This document shows, piece after piece, positions 54,001-64,000 of a stretch of 64,000 nt of DNA. How positions within the stretch are numbered: position 1 is the first letter of the stretch; each line of letters opens with the position of its first letter. The translations under genes were made by a program, and so were the position numbers. The notes beneath the pieces are model-generated. The model was not told the origin of the DNA. It was given only the letters and a program-made list of their open reading frames with translations, and ran no database searches. This DNA comes from Neoechinorhynchus agilis (lineage: Eukaryota; Animalia; Acanthocephala): contig CM121342.1 of assembly GCA_051530055.1 (NCBI GenBank), positions 2,948,797 through 3,012,796 of the forward strand, given 5' to 3'.

Positions 54001-54819
54001 TCAATCACTTAGACTGATTCAAGATATCGGTCGACTGTGTGCCATTATAGGAAACACTTAATTTAGATAAATCGCGTGCGGAATAAAACGTTTGCAAAGA
54101 TTTCAAAAGCAAATAAATGTAGAGATGAAACTTGTTAATCTACAGCGTCAGAAAGCAAAGAAACTCAGTATTCTATGAGTTGTTAATGTTTAGTCTGAGG
54201 CTGGTGTTTGTTGAAATACAGCACAGAAGGTGAGCATACGAAGGTCCATTAGGAAAGCGATAGGTCAAAAGGTGAATAATAAAAGTTGTGTCCGGATTAT
54301 TGAAAATATTGGCAAAAATTTAAGGCTTGTTTTTTCTGGAGTTTTATTCGCGCGAATAAAAAAGGCGTACAAGATTGTGCTTTCGAAATATCGGATTTTA
54401 AAATCATTTTCATTTCTTTGCCAGAAAGCAACCAATATGAACAATTCAATCTTCTAGCAACACTTAGGGGCACCTTAGAGGGCGCCGGATGTGACCCCCG
54501 GACCATAGGTTGGGCACTGCTGACGTAAAACATGGCCGACTCTCTGAAACTCTTGGTTCTTCAAAAGTAGTTTGGCGAACCTGTATAGATTGTATTCTGA
54601 CATTGTATCTAGCATTATTGACGATTGGGCCGTCCATTGAAGTCGGTGTTCATCGCCAATTAAATAACAAGTTTCGTATAAATCCGTACAGAATTCTTTA
54701 CTGTCGAGCAAATAGTAGCCATCTAAGATCTCTATAGCTTCCAAGAGTTCATTGCGAGGGTCGAATTTGTCCTCCTTATTTGTGGCCATTACAGGCTCAG
54801 TTGCGCAGGATTCGATCAT
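51005..54819 (-). CDS. CDC23: Anaphase-promoting complex subunit 8; four coding blocks (54819-54523, 53731-53151, 52036-51574, 51439-51005), 591 aa when joined
   Basis: EYNLYRFAKLL..EFQR, CVVLGNYYS, RAWTLSGHELIEL, DYRAWYGLANVFELMK, YCLPYY. Block lengths sum to 1776 nt, in frame. Confidence 0.92.
51442..51573. mobile_element. TA-flanked 132-bp inverted-repeat insertion (CDC23 junction 3)
   Basis: TA at 51440-41 and 51574-75; arms acagatgaacgatgccgga / tccgacatcgatcaccggt (15/19). Confidence 0.7.
52150..52570 (+). mobile_element. RLE-type non-LTR retrotransposon endonuclease remnant nested in CDC23 insertion 2
   Basis: LEPSNLFRLDGRRPDGITVFPWREG and AEDRKVAKYRELSRSHVFVPFGVETLGA...RAGAFLRQ. Confidence 0.85.
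52700..52970 (-). mobile_element. Second RLE remnant, opposite orientation, nested in CDC23 insertion 2
   Basis: Reverse complement of 52790-52860 is near-identical to 38350-38430. Confidence 0.6.
53740..54522. mobile_element. Non-autonomous hAT-type element inserted in CDC23 coding sequence
   Basis: 8-bp TSD acgtaaaa at 53732-39 and 54523-30; TIRs cagcggtgcccaatct / aggttgggcactgctg (14/16), with CAG ends typical of hAT. Confidence 0.9.
53805..54065. mobile_element. MITE nested within the hAT element
   Basis: gcacacagccaaccgatatcctgaaacagtctaagtgattg pairs with caatcacttagactgattcaagatatcggtcgactgtgtgc. Shares an arm with 40860-40950 and 41760-41795. Confidence 0.7.
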
Positions 54820-56064
54820 GAATTGATATTTGGAAGAAGTTTTATGTCTAAAAAGATGTAACCAGCGTTTTTAATTAAAGAAGATTTATCCGGAAAGGGG
54901 ATATGAGGCGATATTTAGATCAGATGGAGATATTGTGTGGATTATTGCGTTACAAGTCCAACTATTTTTGCATCTTAGAAATTAAGGGTAGCTTCTGCTG
55001 GGCATTGAGAAATACAAAGAAGAGATTCAGGCGTAGATCGGACAGTCGACCTCTTCAATAAAAGATTAAAGTCCAAATGCTCTTGATCACCTTGTCGTCC
55101 AAGTGAAGCTTTAATGACCGTTGAGCCCGAACTTTGGCTGCTTTGAGCCAATTTTTCATCTTATTCAAGTCGTCATTGATTGTAAGGTTCGCCGTAAAAG
55201 TGTAACCCAAAGGATTAAGCTTTCTATAGAGTGGTGGGCAGGAAAAGGGGTCGAACCGAGGACTTTGATTTCAAAATGAATTTTTTTTTCTAATTTAGAG
55301 AAAAAACCATTTGAGAAAGTGTTCGCCGTAAATAGCCGAAAATTGAATAGTTTTTTAATTGACAAAATGCGACCAGGTTTTTAATTTCGCGGACAAAAAA
55401 GTGTAAAAATGGTGCTAAAATCAATGAAAACCATCTCAGAAGTGTGCATTAATTTTTAAGGAAATCATGAATTAATTTTTGAAAAAAAGAGTAATGCGAA
55501 TTTAATAAACGCTTCAGATTGACAGATAAAAGTAGAACTGCGATTACGGATAAGTAGAAAAATAATACAATAAATTTGGGGTTCTAAAAAAACTTTATTA
55601 AATTCCAAAAACCTTAAAGAATCACGTAAAAAACGAATAAACAGTTCTTTAAATAAAAAATTAAGCCAACTTCCATCAACAACTTTATGTATCTCAAAAA
55701 GAATCCCTGTAAAACTCTATGAAAACAACTGTAAAAACGAGAATTCGACCTTTAGAAAAAATGAAATATTTGGGTGGACGTGCAATTCTTCCCGGAATCC
55801 TGGACGATCGAAATGCGACAATGTCCTCATTCATGAAATAGTTGATCCTTGAAGAATTACTAGCGATGTTTTGACTCACAAATAGGTTTGTACTATTTCA
55901 GTACTGAATTTTTAGTCCTAATCCGAGTTTTGCGGGATTATCCGCGAGTTGAATTTACCTGATCGCTTGTCGAGTGTTCAACACGCTACTTCCCGAAAGC
56001 TCCCTAGATCTAATTCTTCCATTCATTTCTTCTCCGATCATTGATCTTTTATTGACGCCAATGA

Positions 56065-58185
56065 GCACTCCAAAAGCCTCACAAACATCTCTTCTTCGAT
56101 TATCGATTATTTGCTCGTAAATATGAATTCCGTCTGCTAATTGTCATTTCTTATCCAAGCTCAAAATACCGAGAATCTTCATTTTTCTTATCTTAATTTT
56201 TGTCTCAGTCTTAAACACTCAAAAGGCCTCACAAACATTTCTTCGATTATTGATTATTTGCTCGTAAATATGAATTCCGTCTGCTAATCGTCATTTCTTA
56301 TCCACGTTCAAAAGACTAAGAATCTTCATTTTTCTTATCTTAATTTTTGTCTCAATCTTAAGCACTCAAAAGGCCTCACAAACATTTCTTCGATTATTGA
56401 TTATTTGCTCGTAAATATGAATTCGGACTGCTCATCGTCAATTCTTATCCACGTTCAAAAGACTAAGAATCTTCATTTTTCTTATCTTAATTTTTGTTAC
56501 AGTCTTAAGCACGCCAAAAAGAACATTTCTTCTTCGATTATTGATTATTTGCTCGTAAATATGAATTCCGTCTGCTAATCGTCATTTCTTATCCACGTTC
56601 AAAAGACTAAGAATCTTCATTTTTTTATCTTAATTTTTGTCTCAATCTTAAACACTCAAAAGGCCTCACAAACATTTCTTCGATTATTGATTATTTGCTC
56701 GTAAATATGAATTCCGTCTGCTAATCGTCATTTCTTATCCACGTTCAAAAGACTAAGAATCTTCATTTTTCTTATCTTAATTTTTGTCTCAATCTTAAGC
56801 ACTCAAAAGGCCTCACAAACATCTCTTCTTCGATTATTGATTATTTGCTCGTAAGCATGAATTCGGACTGTTCATCGTCATTTCTTATCCACGTTCAAAA
56901 GACTAAGAATCTTCATTTTTCTTATCTTAATTTTTGTTTCAGTCTTAAGCACTCAAAAGGCCTCACAAACATTTCTTCGATTATTGATTATTTGCTCGTA
57001 AATATGAATTCCGACTGCTAATCGTCATTTCTTATCCACGCTCAAAAAACTAAGAATCTTCATTTTTTTATCTTAATTTCTGTCTCAGTCTTAAGCACTC
57101 AAAAGTCCTCACGAACATATTTTCTTCGATTATTGATTATTTGCTCGTAAATATGAATTCCGTCTGCTAATCGTCATTTCTTATCCACGTTCAAAAGACT
57201 AAGAATCTTCATTTTTCTTATCTTAATTTTTGTCTCAATCTTAAGCACTCAAAAGGCCTCACAAACATTTCTTCGATTATTGATTATTTGCTCGTAAATA
57301 TGAATTCCGTCTGCTAATCGTCATTTTTTATCCACGTTCAAAAGACTAAGAATCTTCATTTTTCCTATCTTAATTTTTGTCTCAGTCTTAAGCACTCAAA
57401 AGGCCTCACAAACATCTCTTCTTCGATTATTGATTATTTGCTCGTAAGCATGAATTCGGACTGCTCATCGTCATTTCTTATCCACGCTCAAAGGACTAAG
57501 AATCTTCATTTTTCTTATCTTAATTTTTGTCTCAATCTTAAGCACTCCAAAGGCCTCACAAACATATTTTCTTCAATTATTGATTATTTGCTCGTAGGCA
57601 TGAATTCGGACTGCTTATTGCCATTTCTTATCCACGTTCAAAAGACTGAGAATCTTATTTTTTTCTTAATTTTTGTCTCAGTCTTAAGCACTCAAAAGTC
57701 CTCACGAACATCTCTTCTTCGATTATTGATTATTTGCTCGTAAATATGATTTCCAACTGCTAATCGTCATTTCTTATCCACGTTCAAAAGACTAAGAATC
57801 TTTATTTTTTTATCTTAATTTTTGTCTCAGTCTTAAGCACTCCAAAGGCCTCACAAACATCTTTTCTGCGATTATTGATTATTTGCTCGCAAGCATGAAT
57901 TCGGACTGCCAATCTTCATTTCTTATCCACGTTCAAAAGACTAAGAATCTTCATTTTTCTTATCTTAATTTTTATTTCAGTCTTGAGCACGCCAAAAAGA
58001 ACATTTCTTCTCCGATTATTGATTATTTGCTCGCAAGCATGAATTCCGTCTGCTAATCGTCATTTCTTATCCAAGCTCAAAAGACTAAGAATCTTCATTA
58101 TTCTTATCTCAATTTTTTGTCTCAGTCTTAAGCACGCCAAAAAGAACATTTCTTCTCCGATAATTGATTATTTGCACGTAAATGA
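56065..58185. repeat. ~147-bp (143-150) AT-rich tandem satellite, about 14 units
   Basis: gcactcaaaaggcctcacaaacatttcttcgattattgattatttgctcgtaaatatgaattcc...ttgtctcaatcttaa repeats at 56215, 56362, 56509 and onward. Confidence 0.97.
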
Positions 58186-58889
58186 CTTTCGACCCAATTG
58201 GCGTTTCGTGAAGAGATTCCTGTAAAACGTATCGTATCCGATTATTGATTGTGATTGTTTTCGCGTCGCATTAAAAATTGGTTAGGAACGTTTAAAAGTG
58301 TCGACATGTTCGGTACCGGCGAATGTGGTTTTCTAATTTTTGTTCAGGTCTACAAACTTCGTCGGGTTCATCATCAATTAGTAAGTAATAGACGCTGTCG
58401 ATGCAACAAACTGATGATGAATTCGACGAGGTTTGTGGAATGTTTTTAATCGAAATAATCATTTACCGCGGGTGTAGACTTCTAAACAACAATTCCAAAG
58501 TGTTCGAATCCCATTTTCATTTGCCTTCTTAGAATTGGCGGATTTATAAGTTCTAGTCATCTATTCAATAACAAGAGGATTTAATTAGGCATTGAACGCC
58601 ACGATGCATCTCTTTTAGAATGATCATTTGATTGCTGATCGCTTGTACCAATATTGATTTTACCATGCCGCATGTCACCTTGTTAAATGGCATAACAGGC
58701 GGCACCGAGGTTCTTTTAATTTACCCTGACAAATGCATCTTTTTAGCTAAGAGATGATGAACACCTGCAAAGAAGCTTTTATTTGCTTTGGTTAATTCTT
58801 ATTTATCCTCGTCGTTTTTCTGCTTATTTTATCTCCATTTTGCGACTAATCTTAAAAATAAGTTTCCTTTAGGTTAGCGAAAGTATAGG

Positions 58890-59781
58890 ATCTTATTGTC
58901 TGTCGATCACGCATGGATTATATTGTGGCATCCACGTGGACTTCATAGAAACACATTTCCATTGTTTGACGCTTGGCGTAACGAATCCATGCCACTCGAA
59001 CAAAAACTCCTATACAATCACAGAATATGTTGTGGTGGCGACTGCTATGCTCAAAGGTAAAGATAACCCGCATTGTAATCGGCGAAACGGTTGCATGATA
59101 CGTCGTGAGTCTTATCAAAATACATTGAGTGCCAAAGAATGTATATCAGTGCGCAATGTGATGAATAATTCTTTAAAATGCGACTCTAACGAATGGATTT
59201 TCTTGCGATTTCGAGGAGCCGAGGAACAAATGGTCGATCAACATCGTAGAGTACTCTTTTGGATCACACAACCCAAGACAATTGTCCACATTATTCTTCG
59301 GCAAATAAGTCATTCAATTCATGATCTGAGACTTGAACATATTCAACTTAGATTGTACAGTTATGTCTCGTCATTGAACAATTTTGAAGACCTTGAATTA
59401 GTCGCAGTATCCGGACCTTTTCGTAACGCCCGATCTGTTGCTTTATTAAATGCACTCGATTGCGGGTTGTATACAGTATGGATTGGAAATTCCGGATATC
59501 GGAAACTGACTGAGTATGAACTTATTATACGCTCTCCATCTCCGATCGTTTTTGTCGATCCCTTAAATCACAATCAAACTCGTGGTCGCTTCGATGCGAT
59601 AAGTTGCTCTTTAGATAGTTTCTCTTTCAACGATTTCTTTAGTACTGAAGGTAGCAATGAAACCAATAAGAAACCACCAATAATAAACCGAAATGCTCGT
59701 GGTTTTCGCAATTTGATTCAGACTGGACGACGGATGCTTATAGGACTATTAGGAAAGTTTCACAATTTCGTGAGTCCATAA
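58890..59781 (+). CDS. Calpain-like protein, C-terminal part (domain III-like); 5' structure unresolved
   Basis: FWITQPKTIVHIILRQ...IQLRLY...SGPFRNARSV..L.CGLYTVW...EYELIIRSPSPI resembles calpain domain III. An upstream other-frame WIILWHPRG weakly resembles the RNPWG motif. Confidence 0.4.
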
Positions 59782-60069
59782 ATGCGTGCTTAGTGTTCAA
59801 CCGATTGATGTTTTGTACCACAGTCGATTCCGGTGTTAATCGGACCACATCAGGATGCTATCGGTTTGGTTCTAATAACTGACTGGTCCGATTAATCGGT
59901 GATTTGACTGTATTATCAAACCAATTTAAGGTAACCGACACTGTGATAGCCTCTCGGCGGGAGGGGTTCAGCAGACGATCTTTTCTTGTCTATCAATAAG
60001 CTAAGCCAACGCCTTTCGTTGCTTCTGGCTATTTGGTAGCAAGACGATTGCTGCATAATTTGACTTTTT

Positions 60070-60370
60070 GCAGCTGCGAACCACATAAAGATCGTTCATG
60101 AACAAAGCACTTTACTGGGATTGTTTATAATGTCCCAAAATCCGAGATAACTGCAAAAGACGACTTCAGCAATAAATCGCTTCTTAGATCTTTAAATTCA
60201 GAAAAGAAAATATGCGACTTGCTCACGGAAAATCTTCGATGATTTAGTGAAATCGACGTTAAATCAACTCAGTGAAGTGGCAGAAAAAATGCTAAAATTG
60301 GAAAAACACGACGCCTACTTCATCTTTCGATACTGCCTTACTGTACAGAAAGTAAAGTTCCTTCTTTGCT
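60070..60370 (+). mobile_element. RLE-type non-LTR RT thumb remnant
   Basis: STLLGL...EKMLKLEKHDAYFIFRYCLTVQKVKFLL resembles CRE-like H.A..LLR.C...PKL.Y.LR. Confidence 0.5.
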
Positions 60371-60399
60371 ATGTATCCGATTCGGCATGGTATCAAGTC

Positions 60400-61080
60400 T
60401 CGCTCCAAGTTCACTTGGGAAGTTTTCGTGTTCTACCCGCGACAGAAATAGAAACCACAGTCTTGGGCTCATTCGTGTCCCGAACAAGCCGCTTGACCGC
60501 TCTAATTTTAAAAGGATTTTTATTCAACCGACTAAAGAAAAAGTTTCATTCCTGGACGACAGAAATATTGACGATATTTTCTTTATTCTCAAGTATACAG
60601 GATAACGGTATGATGTTTGTGTTTTAGATGGCAAACCTGGATAATGCCGGAATTACCGGTCGAAATATCGGTAATAAAATAGTTAATTTGTATCCCGGAT
60701 GGTTACGTTCGACGAAGAGATCCGCCGCATAATGACTGGAATCTTGAACTTTTCTACTCGGCGAGGCGTCAAACTTCGCTTCTAGTTCACTTGGGAAGTT
60801 TTCGTGTTCTACCCGCGACAGAAATAGAAATCACAGTCTTGGGCTCATTCGTGTCCCGAACAAGCCGCTTGACCGCTCTAATTTTAAGAGGATTTTTATT
60901 CAACCGACTAAAGAAAAAGTTTCATTCCTGGACGACAGAAATATTGACGATATTTTCTTTATTCTCAAGTATACAGGATAACGGTATGATGTTTGTGTTT
61001 TAGATGGCAAACCGTGATAATGCCGGAATTACCGGTCGAAATACCGGTAATAAAATAGTTAATTTGTATCCCGGATGGTT
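60400..61080 (+). repeat. Dispersed ~380-bp family, two tandem copies
   Basis: aagttcacttgggaagttttcgtgttctacccgcgacagaaatag at ~60407 and ~60784; inverse of 28450-28860. Confidence 0.9.
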
Positions 61081-61879
61081 ACATTCCAAGCATGTTTATT
61101 TGTTAATTTGTTAGTTAACAAAGAAAAGGAGCCATGTATTTTTGGGTGCTCATTAACACTCGAATTTGCTGGAGGGATCCTCATGAACACTCGAATTTGT
61201 AGGAGATTGATTTCGGTAGTGAATCGTTGCTTGATTTTCAGGCGCATATTTGTACGACCCAGATATAGTTTATTTATTTGCCTAGCTTTGGCCGTTTTAC
61301 GGCTTCAACTGGGCAATCTAAAATGTGTGAGATGGAGAGGCACAAACAGGTAACAACATCCGCGAATCCACTCAGTTCTTTTCCGATTCGAACCCATCGC
61401 CCCTCCCGAAATCACCGCCGCTATTGCTAAATCCACCGGGACTCGTTTTTTTATAAATGATCTCGGTAGAGAGGTTCAGCTCTGTGGAGAGAACGCAACG
61501 TTGTGTATAAGATGACCTGTAAACGTTACAAAGAAGAGCGCTTCTTTAATGTAACATCAAGAGGAGTGGAATACTTGACGGATTCTCGTTCACTGTTCAT
61601 TGATTTGAGCAGAGAGTAGACGTTGACGAGAGAGAGGACGTAATGAGAGAGAACTAACAATCCCATTCTTTGGCTGTGTCCCGAACAAGTTGCTTTATCC
61701 CCCTTTCCTCGCTGTCACCCATCGTAACTTTGAGTGCTTGAATACTGGAAAAAAAGCATCATTTGCGCCCCGGATTGCGTTTGACATCGCCATTCCGAAT
61801 GTTATGTACAAAGTCTTCTTTATTAAGTATTGAGGCCTTCACTTTGGAGAAGTATTAGAGCTTGTTAATGACGGATACA

Positions 61880-62830
61880 TTAATCGGTTGGGATCCTTCA
61901 ATTATTCACGAGAATTGAGGCGATTTAAACGTTTCGCGGGAGATAGAACAGAACCATTAAGGGGAAAACCGCTCCGCATCCAGTTTAAGGCTGTGGCGCC
62001 CATAATATCCATGAGTACGAGGTCTTTTGAATATTTGACTAAATTCTTGGCCAGACTCAACCGGACACAAGGAACGCTGAATTTACGACAAGTACTACTT
62101 GGAGAGAAGCTAGGAATTGCACGGTCCATCAGGGTAGTCGGTCCAATGCTCCGAAGCCATCAAATGAAAATATATCCATTCGCCCAACAAACGGAAGCTT
62201 AAACTCACTCTGAAAAAGCAAACCCTCCAGTTCAACCTTCCTTGAATTGTCTTACGCTAACTGAGCAGACCTCAGGCTCGACATTAGACGCGCGTTTGTT
62301 TCTCGGCGTAATCGTTCTCAGTGGCAATCTTCAGAAAGGAGGAGTTGAGGCCACTCGTTTCCTTTTCCGATTAGCCGTCCGGTTTGCCGAGACAGCGATT
62401 CATGCCACTGAAACAGCTACCACTTGGATTTTCGGAAAAAAGGCACCCTGTGAGATGATGGTCGATTTGCAAAGCTTTAATATTGTAATGCCTATTGATT
62501 CCAAACAAGCTTCATACGTGAACTATACGCCTTGGAGTCCTATTGGTCTATGTAACTCGCCATACGAAACACTCCTCATGAATATCATTTATTTGGCATG
62601 TTCAACGAACCCGAGCATAAAGACAGTCGATGAACAAAGAGTTCCAAAGTATACGAAGAGGCGAAATAGACGCCGAACTGAGTCCTTACCTACAGATTCC
62701 AAGGCCGATGACGAAAGGGAAGACCCCAATACTAAATAAATGGAGTGATTGCAAGATTTCTAAGCGAAAAGGGATGGAGACTAATCCGAGGGTGCAGGAA
62801 CGGAAGCCTTTAACTCCCGATTACTGAGAT
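61880..62830 (+). mobile_element. Highly degenerate Penelope-like RT remnant
   Basis: GKPLRIQFKAVAPIISMSTRSFEYLTKFLARL resembles the PLE PLRPIIS...TY.LAKYL motif; later thumb-like segment. Confidence 0.45.
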
Positions 62831-64000
62831 CCCGACATATAGCTAGGAACTACCAGCGCAGGAAGGATTACCCAATGCACCATTGATTAATTTAGAACCA
62901 AAAGGAAAGCTAGAATTCACCAACTCTTGGAAGAACTTGTCGCTTCTACTTCACTTGCACCTTTAGCTCCAACCACATACAAAACTAATCAATACCCGGG
63001 ATTTTGATTGCCTATGATTGACTCAATATATAGCCATACCTTAACCAATTGGACGGAACTGCATGTAAAGAGGATCATCGATGCTTATACATCAGTCTAT
63101 TGCATTGGCAGTTCCCCTAGTCCACTTCAATCTCGCATAAATCTTTCACTCCGCCTCGGCCCCTTTTTCCATACTGCCCAATCTCTTCGGATATTGAAAT
63201 GGACCTGATAAAAGACTACTCATAAACTATCCTATGCAGATCGGGCTCGTAATAAACTCCAAAATCAACAGTCACATTCATTTATCCTGTCGGAACTCGA
63301 ATGTTCACGAGATTCCAAAGTTACATGCTTCCTCGTGGTTGTTTATTAATAAAATGTTTTGTTATTTTAATGGTTGGTCAACAAAGTGCAGTTAAGTTTC
63401 AGTGCTTAATATTTTTATTGTTAAAAATAGAGGAAACATTTACCTCTGAGCCCTCATGAACATTCGAACAATATAATAGATGCCTTGGATGTTGTCCGTT
63501 CGGGTGGGAATGTCCGTTCTTGTGGGGATTGGCGGATCTGCTGGCGTTCATTCCACTGATAAGAACCAAAACTTGGAAGCTACTGCGATTCCTGTGCTGG
63601 CATGACGGTTATTTTAAAGTGATGAATATATCCCATTCTATAATTCCATTTCATTTTTACTCTGTCAACCACAGAACCTCAAAGGTTTATTTAACTCGTC
63701 GTAATAACTCACACAATGTAAGAAAATGTGAATTTGTTTTTGTAAGCGAAGGTTAAATCACACATAGCCATTATTTTGTTATCTTACAGAACCATGAAAA
63801 GACTTTCATTCTTATGATTAATAAGAATGAAGTCGCTATAACAACGGTAATAAAGTTTATTTGTTTCAGATTAGGTAAACATAGAGAATGACGGATTCAT
63901 TAAGTTCAGCAGGGCATTCAGACGAAAATGCCCGTTTTTCTATGGATTCATTGGATTCCGTTAACCTACGGATGTTTCACAACTTGTCCCAAGTAGTCGT

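Noticed and set aside
55230-55290. Minus-strand tRNA 3'-half-like sequence ending in CCA
   Set aside because: The T-stem does not pair and there is no 5' half or A-box.
55694-56030. Possible small two-exon gene on the minus strand
   Set aside because: A splice is possible, but there is no recognisable homology or other support.
57438-57743. 147-bp unit as a 49-codon coding repeat
   Set aside because: Most units carry in-frame stops in all frames; the ORF arises from chance substitutions.

Overview
Eukaryotic, animal-like genomic DNA, AT-rich outside the repeats, with very divergent proteins; the species cannot be named from sequence alone. Bases 1-23.1 kb are a 219-bp satellite array with higher-order structure. 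The rest holds divergent genes: a secreted LRR protein, BTB-BACK-Kelch, an RPB12/POLR2K-like protein, a multi-exon LRR gene missing from the ORF track, alpha-carbonic anhydrase, METTL5, AspRS, CDC23/APC8 and a calpain-like region. These are mixed with decayed Penelope-like and RLE non-LTR retroelements, MITEs, tRNA-derived SINE-like pieces and two more tandem arrays. Two things stand out. (1) Ordinary introns here are 42-50 nt GT-AG, but all four interruptions in the essential, otherwise intact CDC23 and AspRS genes look like DNA-transposon insertions, with terminal inverted repeats and a TA or 8-bp target-site duplication. Removing the element plus one TSD copy restores the conserved protein in frame; canonical splice sites are absent or fit worse. 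This suggests non-canonical hairpin-bounded introns or programmed DNA excision. (2) The 318-bp tandem array behind AspRS carries a C/D snoRNA with the SNORD25/U25 18S guide in each of 13 units. All alignments were done by eye against remembered family consensus; nothing was database-searched.
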